Positions 16,633 through 26,323 of a stretch of DNA of 64,000 nucleotides are shown one piece after another; within the stretch, counting starts at the first letter, position 1, and each line of letters opens with the position of its first letter. The notes below the pieces were generated by a model. That model saw only the letters and a program-made list of their open reading frames with translations. It was not told the DNA's origin and made no database searches. The stretch lies in the NCBI GenBank assembly GCA_026397715.1, contig JAPLUN010000685.1:77-64076 (forward strand), read 5' to 3'. A program made the translations under genes and the position numbers. Origin of the DNA: Verrucomicrobiota bacterium (GTDB lineage: Bacteria > Verrucomicrobiota > Verrucomicrobiia > Verrucomicrobiales > Verrucomicrobiaceae).

Positions 16633-18261
16633 ATGAAATTCGCCATTCTCAGTCTCCTCCTGCTGGCAACCAGCCTGCAGGCCGAGGTCAAACTGCCAGC
16701 CATTTTCTCCGACGGCATGGTTCTGCAGCAGTCACAGCTCGTTCGCATCTGGGGCACAGCTGAAGTCGGCGAAGACGTGAAGGTCACCTTTGGTGATCAG
16801 TCGCACAGTTCGCTCACGGATCAGACCGGCAAATGGTCGCTCACGCTGAACCCCATGAACGCCAATGCCCAGCCCGCCGATCTTGTCGTGGCAGGGAAAA
16901 ACACGATCACGCTGAAAAACGTCCTCGTTGGCGAAGTGTGGGTCTGCTCAGGCCAGTCGAACATGCAGTGGACCGTTCAGCAGGCCGGCAAGGCCCAGGA
17001 GGAAATCGCCGCCGCCAATCATCCACAGATTCGCATGTTCAATGTCGAACGCAGCCCGAGCATGACGCCACAGTCCGACTGCAAAGGCGCGTGGAAAGAG
17101 GCCACCAGCACCAATGTGGGTAATTTCTCCGCCGTGGGTTATTTCTTTGGCAGACACCTGCATCAGGTGCTGAAAGTGCCGGTCGGCTTGATCAACACCT
17201 CCTGGGGCGGCACACGCGTCGAAGCCTGGACAAGCCGCGAGGCGCTCGAAGAACGCCCCTGCGCCGCCGAAATGCTCACCGACTGGAAAGATGCCGTCGC
17301 CAAATGGGATGGCCCCAAGGAACTGGCCGCTTTTGACAAAGTTAAAGCCGACTGGCAGGCGCAGGTGCAGAAGATCGACACCGAAAACGCCAAGCTGCTC
17401 GCCAATCAAAAGAAGCCCAAGCCCCAGGCACCGCGCCCGCCGGAAGATCCCACCAAGACACCGCACCACCCTGCTGTACTCTTCAACGGCATGGTGGCCC
17501 CGTTGATTCCCTACGCCATCAAAGGCGTCATCTGGTATCAGGGCGAGTCGAACCAGCGCCGCGCCTTCCAGTATCAGGAACTCCTGCCCACCATGATCAA
17601 TGACTGGCGCAAGCAGTGGGTGGACGCGTTCTCATTTTACATCGTTCAGCTGGCAAACTTCGGCAACGGCAAGCCAGTGACCACGGAACCTGGCGTCCCC
17701 GACACCTGGGCCGAACTGCAGGAAGCACAAACGCTCACAGCGCAGACTCTCGACAAATGCGGCATCGCCATCATCAACGACATCGGCGAGCAAAACGACA
17801 TTCATCCCAAGAACAAACAGGAGGTCGGCCGCCGTCTCGCACTCTGGGCCCTGGCTCAGGACTACGGCAAGTCCGGTGCCGAATACTGCGGCCCGCTTTA
17901 CCTTTCCTCCGTCGTTCAGGCAGACAAGATTCGCATTCAGTTCACCCACACCGGCTCGGGTCTGAAAACCCGTGATGGCGGTGAACCGAAAAGTTTCCAG
18001 ATCGCCGGAGCTGATCAGAAGTGGGTATGGGCCAAAGCCAAGATCGAAGGCAGCGAAGTCGTTGTCTGGAGCGAAGCCGTGCCGCAGCCGATCGGTGTGC
18101 GCTATGCCTGGGCCAGCTGGCCGGAAGGTGCCAATCTCATGAATGCCGAGGGCCTGCCTGCCTCCTGCTTCCGCACCGATGACTTCCTGCCGTCCACACT
18201 CGGTGTCGTGTCTCCCTTCAAAGAGGCGGCACCGGCAAAGCCAGCGCCAGCCAAACCATGA
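16633..18261 (+). CDS. Sialate O-acetylesterase (SASA family)
   Basis: LPAIFSDGMVLQ, GEVWVCSGQSNM, WGGT, WYQGESN, DIHPKNK, GLPASCFRTD. Confidence 0.93.
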   Translation: MKFAILSLLLLATSLQAEVKLPAIFSDGMVLQQSQLVRIWGTAEVGEDVKVTFGDQSHSSLTDQTGKWSLTLNPMNANAQPADLVVAGKNTITLKNVLVGEVWVCSGQSNMQWTVQQAGKAQEEIAAANHPQIRMFNVERSPSMTPQSDCKGAWKEATSTNVGNFSAVGYFFGRHLHQVLKVPVGLINTSWGGTRVEAWTSREALEERPCAAEMLTDWKDAVAKWDGPKELAAFDKVKADWQAQVQKIDTENAKLLANQKKPKPQAPRPPEDPTKTPHHPAVLFNGMVAPLIPYAIKGVIWYQGESNQRRAFQYQELLPTMINDWRKQWVDAFSFYIVQLANFGNGKPVTTEPGVPDTWAELQEAQTLTAQTLDKCGIAIINDIGEQNDIHPKNKQEVGRRLALWALAQDYGKSGAEYCGPLYLSSVVQADKIRIQFTHTGSGLKTRDGGEPKSFQIAGADQKWVWAKAKIEGSEVVVWSEAVPQPIGVRYAWASWPEGANLMNAEGLPASCFRTDDFLPSTLGVVSPFKEAAPAKPAPAKP

Positions 18262-18276
18262 TCGTTCGAGCCTAGC

Positions 18277-19296
18277 GTGCATCTTTTCCTCGCTGAACCT
18301 GATACATCGCCGTTCCTCGCCGATGAACTGCGCCGCGCCGTACCGGATGCTGCACAACGTGAAATCGAAGGCCTCGGCATCGCTGCGGATCTGAAGCTGG
18401 AAGGACTGCTGCTCGCCTTCGCGCGCCAGACACTGCCTGACGCCGTTGAAGTCCATGCCGCTTCCATCAATGCGTGGGCTGACCGCATCATCGAAGCCAC
18501 CGCCGGCGTGTTTCCCGATGACCAGCCGTGGCGATTACATCTCTGGCCGCAGTATGGCGAAGGCAAAGCCGGGCAGCATCGCTGTGAATTGATCCATGCC
18601 AGCCTGGTGGAGCGCCTGAAAAAGCGGCGCAGAAAGCTGCTGCGTTCACTGCTCGATTCGGATGCTGTCTTTGATGCGCAAACCTCCTTGGCGCAGTGCA
18701 TTCTCACCTCCCCCGAAACCGGCTGGCTTTCCACCTCGCTCGCACCGCAGCCTTATGCTCTGCGCAGTTTGATTTCGAGCTTCCCACGCGGTGAAGTGCC
18801 ACTGGCCGATGACAAAAGCGCGCCCTCGCGCGCCTTCACGAAACTGGTGGAGTCCGAGCAGCGTCTGGGTCGCCAGATTGAGAGCGGGCAGACCTGCGTT
18901 GACTTGGGTGCTTCACCGGGCAGCTGGAGCTATGTGCCCATCCAGCGCGGAGCGAACGTCATTGCCATCGACCGCTCAGAACTGCGCGAGGATTTGATGC
19001 GCAATCCGCGCCTGCATTTTCAAGTTGCCGACGCCTTCAAATACAAGCCACCGCAAACCGTGGACTGGCTCGTCTGCGATGTCATCGCGGCACCGCAACG
19101 CAGCATCGATCTGCTGCTCGAATGGCTGCGCGAGAAGCGCATGCGCAACTTCATCGTCACGATCAAATTCAAAGGCCACGATGAGTATCCGCTGCTCGAC
19201 ATCCTCAAACGCGAAGCTCCGCCACTCTGCGCCGAGTTTCACCTCACACGACTCTGCGCTAACAAGAATGAGGTGTGCGCGTTTGGTGTGGTTTGA
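18277..19296 (+). CDS. RlmM-like (FtsJ-fold) rRNA 2'-O-methyltransferase
   Basis: APSRAFTKLVE, VDLGASPGSWS, DWLVCDV, TIKF, NKNE (K-D-K-E tetrad). Confidence 0.85.
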   Translation: MHLFLAEPDTSPFLADELRRAVPDAAQREIEGLGIAADLKLEGLLLAFARQTLPDAVEVHAASINAWADRIIEATAGVFPDDQPWRLHLWPQYGEGKAGQHRCELIHASLVERLKKRRRKLLRSLLDSDAVFDAQTSLAQCILTSPETGWLSTSLAPQPYALRSLISSFPRGEVPLADDKSAPSRAFTKLVESEQRLGRQIESGQTCVDLGASPGSWSYVPIQRGANVIAIDRSELREDLMRNPRLHFQVADAFKYKPPQTVDWLVCDVIAAPQRSIDLLLEWLREKRMRNFIVTIKFKGHDEYPLLDILKREAPPLCAEFHLTRLCANKNEVCAFGVV

Positions 19297-19397
19297 AAAA
19301 CGAGCGAATGGCCCGACATAAGATTCCGTCTGATCCCCGCATGGTGATTTAGTCTTGCGACGAAATCTCCGTCCATGCTATCCAGCCTCCCACAACC

Positions 19398-19913
19398 ATG
19401 AAGCTTTTCATTACTTTCATCCTTGGTGCCATCGCCGGTGCATCTCTGTTGTGGTTTGGATTCAGCAAAACAATCGTGCCCATCGACAGACGTCTCGTTG
19501 CGGTAAATCGCTTCAACGGCTCGGCCAAAGAAGTCTTCATCTCCTCCACGGAAGCCGAAAGACTCCGCCAGGACGAAGTCAAAAGAACCGCAGCACCAAA
19601 ACCGCTGCAGGTGCCAAAACGCAGAGATATGACCGAAGCTGAGATCACAAAACTTGGATTCAAATGGGATGCGACGCACAACTCCATCCGTCTCTGCTTC
19701 CATAACCCATTCAATTCAGAAGTCACTCTTGATCGCGTACGCGTGAGGATTCCTCAGCGCGGCGACCGTGCGGCGCTTGATCGTGAATACAACACGCAGG
19801 TACATTGCTGGCCTCTGGCAGACAGCGAGACACACCTTGATATGAAAGACGTACCGGCCAGCGACCTCCTAGAGGCGCAAATCACCCCCATCCGAGTGTC
19901 CATTTACGATTAA
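19398..19913 (+). CDS. Hypothetical membrane-anchored protein
   Basis: N-terminal hydrophobic anchor; more AT-rich codons than neighbours; no family recognised. Confidence 0.65.
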   Translation: MKLFITFILGAIAGASLLWFGFSKTIVPIDRRLVAVNRFNGSAKEVFISSTEAERLRQDEVKRTAAPKPLQVPKRRDMTEAEITKLGFKWDATHNSIRLCFHNPFNSEVTLDRVRVRIPQRGDRAALDREYNTQVHCWPLADSETHLDMKDVPASDLLEAQITPIRVSIYD

Positions 19914-19937
19914 CCACCGCCTTAGTGCCCCAAAGAC

Positions 19938-21911
19938 TTACAGCAGCGCCTCATGCGCACGGCCATCCTTGGCTTCGCAGTAAAGGATGAAGGACTGGTT
20001 CACCACTGAATAGCCCCCGGGAGTCGGATAGTCACCGCTGAAGTACCAGTCGCCGTACTCGGCACCGAGAGCGGTGTGGAGGTCGGGAATGGTCTGGTAG
20101 ATGACTTCGACGGTGCCATGCCACGGCGTGTCCTCAGGACTGATCATCTGGGCGATGCGTGCGGAGATTTCCTCGTCGGTGAATGGCGCGTAGATGGCCT
20201 TCACGGCATTGCGCATCTCTTCCTTTGGCTTCTTCATCTCGGCTTTGCAGGCCAGATAAGTCTCATGCACGATGTGCGACATCCCACGCGTACGCAGGAG
20301 TGAAATGGCAGCCTGGAAGGCGATGAACTTGCCGAGTTCGGCCATGTCGATGCCGTAGCAGTCAGGGTAGCGAATCTGCGGCGCAGTGGAGCACACGATG
20401 ATACGCTTCGGATTGGTGCGGGCCAGAATGCGCAGCAGGCTTTTCTTCAGCGTGGTACCACGGACGATGGAGTCGTCGATGACCACCAGATTGTCCTTGG
20501 AGGTCACAACTCCATAGGTGATGTCGTAGCTGCCGGACACGAGGGCATCACGCCCCGTCTCCTGGGCGATGAAGGTGCGCATCTTGATGTCCTTGAGGGC
20601 GATTTTTTCGGCTCGCGGCCAGTTGCGCAGCACCAGATCATCGAGCTTGGCCTCGTCAAATTCACCGCTCTTGAGCATGTCCACAAGCGCCTCTTTGACA
20701 ACGACACGGCGGCTTTTACGCAAGCCGTCGAGGAAGCCGAAGTAGGCCGTCTCAGCGGTGTTCGGGATGAAGCTGAGCACGGTGTGCTCGAAGTCGTTGT
20801 CGATGGCTTTGACCACCTGAGGCACCAGCTGCTCACCTAGCGCTTTGCGCTGATGGTAGATGGCGGAGTCGTTGCCGCGTGAGAAATAAATGCACTCGAA
20901 CGAGCAGGGCTTGAATTCACGCGGCTCAGTGAACTTCTGGATGGTCATGCCACCATCCGCCTTGATCACGGCCACATGCGCCGGGGGAATCTCATGCGTA
21001 TCCTCTTCGTTGACACCGAAGACGGACATCAAGGCTACTCGTTCGGAAGCCATGGCAAAGATCTCGTCGTTCTCGTAATAGTGGCAGGGGCGGATGCCGC
21101 TGGGGTCGCGCATGGCGAAGAGATCGCCATTGCCAATGACGCCGACGATGCTGTAGCCACCATCCCAGCGTTTGGCGGACTCTTTGATCACGGCTGTCAC
21201 ATCCAGTTTTTCACTGATGTGCTGCGGGATGTCTTCTCCGGGCATGCCCGAGTCACGCAGTACGTGGTACAGCTTGGTGTGCGCCTCATCGAGCTGGAAG
21301 CCGATTTCTTCGAGCACACTCTGTGTGTCCGTGCCGAAGACGGGGTGCTGCCCGCGCTTCATCATCACCTCGTTGAGTTCGCGGGTGTTGGTGAGGTTGA
21401 AGTTTCCCATCACCATCAGCGTGCGCGTCGGCCAGGTGGTGCGGCGCATGTAGGGATGCAGCGCGCCTTTGCCGAAGTCACCGCTGGTGCCGTAGCGCAG
21501 GTGGCCGATGTAAATCTCCCCGGCCATCTCAAACTCGCGCTTGATGGCGTCCGGATCGTCCTCAAAAGACACGAATTCCTTGCCTTCCTGGTCGCGCTCA
21601 TCCTTGCGCTGCTTGTCGATGCGGCGGGCGATGCGTTTGAACTCTTTGCGTTCATCCTCAAAGACTTGACCGATGCGTTCCACGCTCTCGGTGCTCCGCA
21701 TGCGAAACATGTAGGGGAGACCGGGTGGCATGCCGAGCTTGCTGCAACCGATGCCCATGCCGTCCTGGCCACGGTTTCGCTGCTTGGTCATGATGGCCTG
21801 CAGGGCGTCAAAGCCATAGAGGGCGTTGCCGTATTTTTGATAGAAGTATCCTAGCGGCTTTTTCAGCCGCACCACTGCTATGCCGCACTCGTGACTGATT
21901 GGGTCGCTCAT
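19938..21911 (-). CDS. purF: Amidophosphoribosyltransferase (long, Bacteroidota-like type)
   Basis: HECGI Ntn start, NRGQDG, GHLRYGT, CSFECIYFSR, PRPP loop VVIDDSIVRGTT, YPDCYGID. Confidence 0.93.
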   Translation of the reverse strand: MSDPISHECGIAVVRLKKPLGYFYQKYGNALYGFDALQAIMTKQRNRGQDGMGIGCSKLGMPPGLPYMFRMRSTESVERIGQVFEDERKEFKRIARRIDKQRKDERDQEGKEFVSFEDDPDAIKREFEMAGEIYIGHLRYGTSGDFGKGALHPYMRRTTWPTRTLMVMGNFNLTNTRELNEVMMKRGQHPVFGTDTQSVLEEIGFQLDEAHTKLYHVLRDSGMPGEDIPQHISEKLDVTAVIKESAKRWDGGYSIVGVIGNGDLFAMRDPSGIRPCHYYENDEIFAMASERVALMSVFGVNEEDTHEIPPAHVAVIKADGGMTIQKFTEPREFKPCSFECIYFSRGNDSAIYHQRKALGEQLVPQVVKAIDNDFEHTVLSFIPNTAETAYFGFLDGLRKSRRVVVKEALVDMLKSGEFDEAKLDDLVLRNWPRAEKIALKDIKMRTFIAQETGRDALVSGSYDITYGVVTSKDNLVVIDDSIVRGTTLKKSLLRILARTNPKRIIVCSTAPQIRYPDCYGIDMAELGKFIAFQAAISLLRTRGMSHIVHETYLACKAEMKKPKEEMRNAVKAIYAPFTDEEISARIAQMISPEDTPWHGTVEVIYQTIPDLHTALGAEYGDWYFSGDYPTPGGYSVVNQSFILYCEAKDGRAHEALL

Positions 21912-22206
21912 CGTAAAGGAGCACCCATCTTTGGCATGCCATGGGAGGAGTGCAAGACGTGGAAAAAGTTTCTCGCGGGTGTCTACCGCTGCCTGTCGCG
22001 CGTATGTCCGCTAGAATCAGGCTTGCAAACCCAGCCAGCACGGCCGGACACGGGTCAATCCACGAATCAAAGGACGCAGGGACACCGGACGATCATGTTG
22101 CAGAAAATCTCATGCCGCCTGCATTCTTCCCATGTAATTCGAGCAAAACAAGATCCATGGCTGTCAGGATGGCATGGTCCATGCAGTCAGAATTCCCAAC
22201 CTCCCG

Positions 22207-23481
22207 ATGAAAAATTTCTTATCCTACCGCCTCTGGCTGCCCGCCTTGACGCTGGCGGCCTTTTTCACGCCAGCTTCCAGCTACCCGGCCATTCCAGAAA
22301 TCGGCTCTCCCCTGCCCGTCCCTGCAGCGCCGGAAATCCCGCCGCTGGAGATTCCCGAAGAGCCGATGCAAGGGATCATGCTGCGCAAACTCGCCTTTGA
22401 CCGTGAGTTCGACTCCCCCGTCATGCTGGCCTCCATGCCGGATGCTGGCGGAGAGCAGGTCATCGCCATGCAGCGGGGTGAATTCTGTGCGGTGCGGCTG
22501 GACGGCAGCGGCCAGTGGCGGCCCTTTCTCGATTTCCGTGAAAAAATGAAGGGCATTGTGCTCTTCGAGGAGGGCGTGCACGGCATCGCCTTTCATCCCC
22601 GCTTTTCTGAGAACCGGCTGTTTTACCTCAGCTACTCGCAAAACGAACCCCGCCGCACCGTGATCAGCGAAATGCGCGCCTCCAAGGACTCCACCCCTGA
22701 CGCACTGCCAGAGACGGAACGCGTGCTCATGGAGATTCTCCAGCCGCTGGCAGATCACTGGGGCGGTCACATCGCCTTCGGGCCGGATGGCTGTCTCTAC
22801 ATCGCGCTTGGTGACGGTGGCCTGCGTGATGACCCCTATCGGCTGGCACAAAACCCCTGGGTTCTGCATGGCAAAATCCTGCGCATCGATGTGAACGGCC
22901 GCAGCGGCAAACTGCCCTACGCGATTCCCGAGGACAACCCTTTCACCAAAGTGCAGACCGTGCTCCCTGAAATTTTCGCCCTCGGTTTTCGCAATCCTTG
23001 GGGCCTCTCCTTTGACGCACGCTCCGGTCAGCTCTGGTGCGCAGATGTCGGCCAGGACCTCTGGGAAGAAATCAACCGTGTGGAAAACGGTGCCAATTAC
23101 GGCTGGAGTGATCGAGACGGCCCCGCAAAGAGTGCCTTTCACGCGCACAGCTATCTCCCGAACACGACCACCACCGACCCCGTGCATGCCTACACCCGCA
23201 TGCGTGGCGAAGGCATCTGCATTGTCGGCGGTCTGCTCTACCGCGGCCAAAAACTACCACAGCTCGACGGCGCGTTTGTCTTCGCGGATTGGGGCTACGG
23301 TAGCGTGTGGGCGCTAGGGATCGACCCCGCCAGCGGCCTGCCCATCCGCCGCAGCGTTCTGCACCGCAAGGACCCGGAGCACAAGTTCAACCCCACCCTC
23401 GTCACGGCAGATCTCGATGGAGAACCCGTGCTGCTCTCTCAAGATGGGGCCCTGTATCGTCTGGAAAAGGACGACGATTGA
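22207..23481 (+). CDS. PQQ-dependent sugar dehydrogenase (GSDH family)
   Basis: Signal peptide; IAFHPRF, HWGGHIAFGPDG.LY, GKILRIDV, GFRNPW, DVGQ..WEEIN, NYGW. Confidence 0.9.
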   Translation: MKNFLSYRLWLPALTLAAFFTPASSYPAIPEIGSPLPVPAAPEIPPLEIPEEPMQGIMLRKLAFDREFDSPVMLASMPDAGGEQVIAMQRGEFCAVRLDGSGQWRPFLDFREKMKGIVLFEEGVHGIAFHPRFSENRLFYLSYSQNEPRRTVISEMRASKDSTPDALPETERVLMEILQPLADHWGGHIAFGPDGCLYIALGDGGLRDDPYRLAQNPWVLHGKILRIDVNGRSGKLPYAIPEDNPFTKVQTVLPEIFALGFRNPWGLSFDARSGQLWCADVGQDLWEEINRVENGANYGWSDRDGPAKSAFHAHSYLPNTTTTDPVHAYTRMRGEGICIVGGLLYRGQKLPQLDGAFVFADWGYGSVWALGIDPASGLPIRRSVLHRKDPEHKFNPTLVTADLDGEPVLLSQDGALYRLEKDDD

Positions 23482-23530
23482 GCAAAGCTTCACTGCAAGA
23501 CCCTGACCATGGCCGCGTTCAAGGCGGGCC

Positions 23531-24943
23531 ATGAATCGTTTCTTCGCCCTGTTCCTGCTGCTCAGCTCTGTTGCGGTCGCTCAATCGAAACCCGATGTCC
23601 TCTTCATCGCCGTCGATGACTTGAACGACTGGGTCACCTATCTCGGTGGCCATCCGCAGACAAAAACACCGAACATCGACCGCCTTGTGGCCCGAGGCAC
23701 GGCCTTTACCAATTCGCATTGCGCCGCGCCAGCCTGCAATCCCTCGCGCGCGGCACTGATGAGCGGTTTGCGCCCATGGCAGACGGGTATCTACACCAAC
23801 GGTGATCCGGCTCAGGGCGTGATGAAGGACGTGCTCACAATCAACCGCCACTTTCTCGCCAGCGGTTACAACACACTCGGCGGCGGCAAAATCTACCACG
23901 GTTATGGGAGCGAAGGACGCACCGATTCATGGACGAAATGGGAGGGCCTGTTTCCCTCCATTCAGGAACACGAGGAAAACATGAACGGCCTCAATCGCGG
24001 CCACTTTGACTGGGGTCCGGTGGATGCCAAGCCTTCTGACATGGGCGACTACAAAGCCACCGACTGGGCCGTCAACCAGCTCAAAACCGCGCCGCAGGAC
24101 AAGCCGCTCTTCCTCGCCCTCGGCTACATCAAGCCCCACCTGCCGTGGTATGTGCCCAAGGAGTACTATGACCGCTTTCCTCTCGCCGACATCAAGCTGC
24201 CTGTGACCAAAGAGCATGACCTTGATGACATCCCCAAAGCGGGTGTGCGCATGGCCGGCCCCGAAGGCGATCACGCCGCCGTGATCAAAGGCAACCAATG
24301 GAAGAAGGCCGTTCAAGCCTATCTCGCCACCATTTCATTCCTCGATGATCAGGTCGGACGCTTGCTCGACGGACTCGATCAAAGCCCCCGCAAAGACAAG
24401 ACCATCATCGTGTGGTGGACTGATCACGGCTGGAATCTGGGAGAAAAGGAGCACTGGCGGAAGTTCGCCCTGTGGGAGGAAACCACTCGCACCTCCATGG
24501 CCATTGTCGCCCCCGGCGTCACCAAGCCGGGCACCACCTGCACCGCACCGGTCGATTACTTGAACATGTATCCCACCATCTGCGAGCTCGCCGGCCTGCC
24601 CGTGCCGGAGCATGTGAAAGGCGCAAGCCTCATGCCGCTGCTCAAAGACCCCACCGCCAAATGGGACGGCGTGGCCGTCTGCACCCACGGCAAAGGCAAT
24701 CACGCCGTGCGCGACGCCAACTGGCGCTACATCCGCTATGCCGACGGCACCGAAGAACTCTATGATCACACCAAAGATCCGTATGAATGGACCAACCTCG
24801 CCAAGGAAGTCGGCATGAGCGAGATCAAGGCCAAACTCGGTGCTGCCATCCCCGCCGCCGATGCCGAAGTCAAAGCCACGTCTGGCGGAGAGAAGAAAAA
24901 AGGTGAGGGCAAAGGCAAGAAGAAGAAAAAAGCCGAAGAGTAG
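23531..24943 (+). CDS. Sulfatase (formylglycine-dependent, iduronate/choline sulfatase-like)
   Basis: VLFIAVDDLND, CNPSR (CxPxR), GKIYH, KPHLPW, TDHG, ELYDH..DPYEW.NLA. Confidence 0.95.
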   Translation: MNRFFALFLLLSSVAVAQSKPDVLFIAVDDLNDWVTYLGGHPQTKTPNIDRLVARGTAFTNSHCAAPACNPSRAALMSGLRPWQTGIYTNGDPAQGVMKDVLTINRHFLASGYNTLGGGKIYHGYGSEGRTDSWTKWEGLFPSIQEHEENMNGLNRGHFDWGPVDAKPSDMGDYKATDWAVNQLKTAPQDKPLFLALGYIKPHLPWYVPKEYYDRFPLADIKLPVTKEHDLDDIPKAGVRMAGPEGDHAAVIKGNQWKKAVQAYLATISFLDDQVGRLLDGLDQSPRKDKTIIVWWTDHGWNLGEKEHWRKFALWEETTRTSMAIVAPGVTKPGTTCTAPVDYLNMYPTICELAGLPVPEHVKGASLMPLLKDPTAKWDGVAVCTHGKGNHAVRDANWRYIRYADGTEELYDHTKDPYEWTNLAKEVGMSEIKAKLGAAIPAADAEVKATSGGEKKKGEGKGKKKKKAEE

Positions 24944-24946
24944 CCC

Positions 24947-26237
24947 TCACACCAGTCCCCGAATCGGTTCGCCACGGGTTAGAACGCTGAGCAGGCTCGG
25001 CGGCAGACCGTCGGTGATTCGTGCTTCCCCCACATCCACCAGCGTATGCATGATGGTGGCGATCAAATCGGGAATTGTGATCGGCTCTGAAGCGGGCTCT
25101 CCGCCATTGCGTGCCGACTGCCCGATGACCTGGCCCATTTTCAAGCCGCCGCCATAGATCATGAGCGGCGCCAGGCCGCCCCAGTGATCGCGCCCACCTT
25201 TGACATTGATCTTGGGCGAGCGCCCCATCTCACCGCAGCAGACCAACATGATTTTTTCACTCAGACCGCGTGATTCAATGTCCTCGATCAAGGCGGAAAC
25301 CGCGTGGTCAAAAGGACGTCCCACGTAGTCCATGCCCGTGCGACACGGGGCGTTGTTGTTGTCGGCATGCATGTCCCACACAAAGCTCGTCGTGACGGTG
25401 ACAAAGCCGCAGCCGCGCTCGCACAACCGCCGCGCCATGACGGGTCCTCTTTGGAGAGATCAAACGCATCTGACACACCGCGCCGCAGCACATCGAAGGC
25501 AAGCGTTTGAAATTCCGCCATGCCGGCGACGGACTGGCTGCCATCCATGGTTCGCTTCCATTGATCCAGTGAAGCAAGCAAAGTGCGACGATCATCCAGC
25601 CGGTTCTGCGGCATGCTCAAGGTCATGTCCGCCTGCGCCCCACTGCCAGCGCCGGGCACAAAGGGCTGGTAAGTCGCCCCCAATTCACCGCTGGAGGTGA
25701 AGTCGCCAAATTGCTTGATCACAGGCCCTGCAGTAGCCGAAACCGCCTGCGGAAACAGCGCCACATTCGTCGGCATCGCGCTGCTTTTCCGCAGCGGTCC
25801 CGCCATGCGTGAGTACAACGAGCCCAGATTCGCCTTCATCGTGTCTTTGCCAACAATGGTCTTGATGTCGTGGACCGCATCTCCGGTGACGAAGGAACGT
25901 ACGATGCTGAACTTGTCCGCCAGCTTTGCCAGCCTCTCAAACGTGCTGCCAAACGTCACCCCCGGCAGCTTGGTTTTGATCTCGCCCGTGACGCTGCGGA
26001 TCTCCGACGGCGCATCCATCTTCGGATCAAAAGTTTCGAACTGCGACGGCCCGCCGTGCATGAACAGGAAGATGACCGACTTGTCCTTGAGCAGCGATTT
26101 TTTGGAAGCCGCCAGCGACTTGAGCGCCATCAGATCACTCAGCCCGAGCGCCCGCCCAGCCCTAGGCCACCAATGCGCATGAAATCACGCCGCTGAAGGC
26201 GCGAAGAACCCTGGCTGTGGTCGGAAAAGGTCAGCAT
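24947..26237 (-). pseudogene. DUF1501 domain protein broken by a 5' frameshift and an internal deletion
   Basis: ATG 26237 MLTFSD...RRDFMRIGGLG shifts frame at about 26149-26150; middle piece has GGPSQFETFDPK; junction FDLSKEDP / MARRLCERG at about 25438-25441; last piece has WDMH, GEMGRSP, GRDHW. Confidence 0.85.
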
Positions 26238-26323
26238 GTCCCTGCCAAATACGCCACCAAGGAGGCACTCCTTCCTGATTGTGCTTGCCACCCTGCATCG
26301 AGTTCGGGATGCTCGCCGCCATC

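Noticed and set aside
24880..24943. Purine-rich run encoding GGEKKKGEGKGKKKKKAEE
   Set aside because: Lys-rich low-complexity tail of the sulfatase; similar tails end other secreted proteins here, and it is not a DNA repeat element
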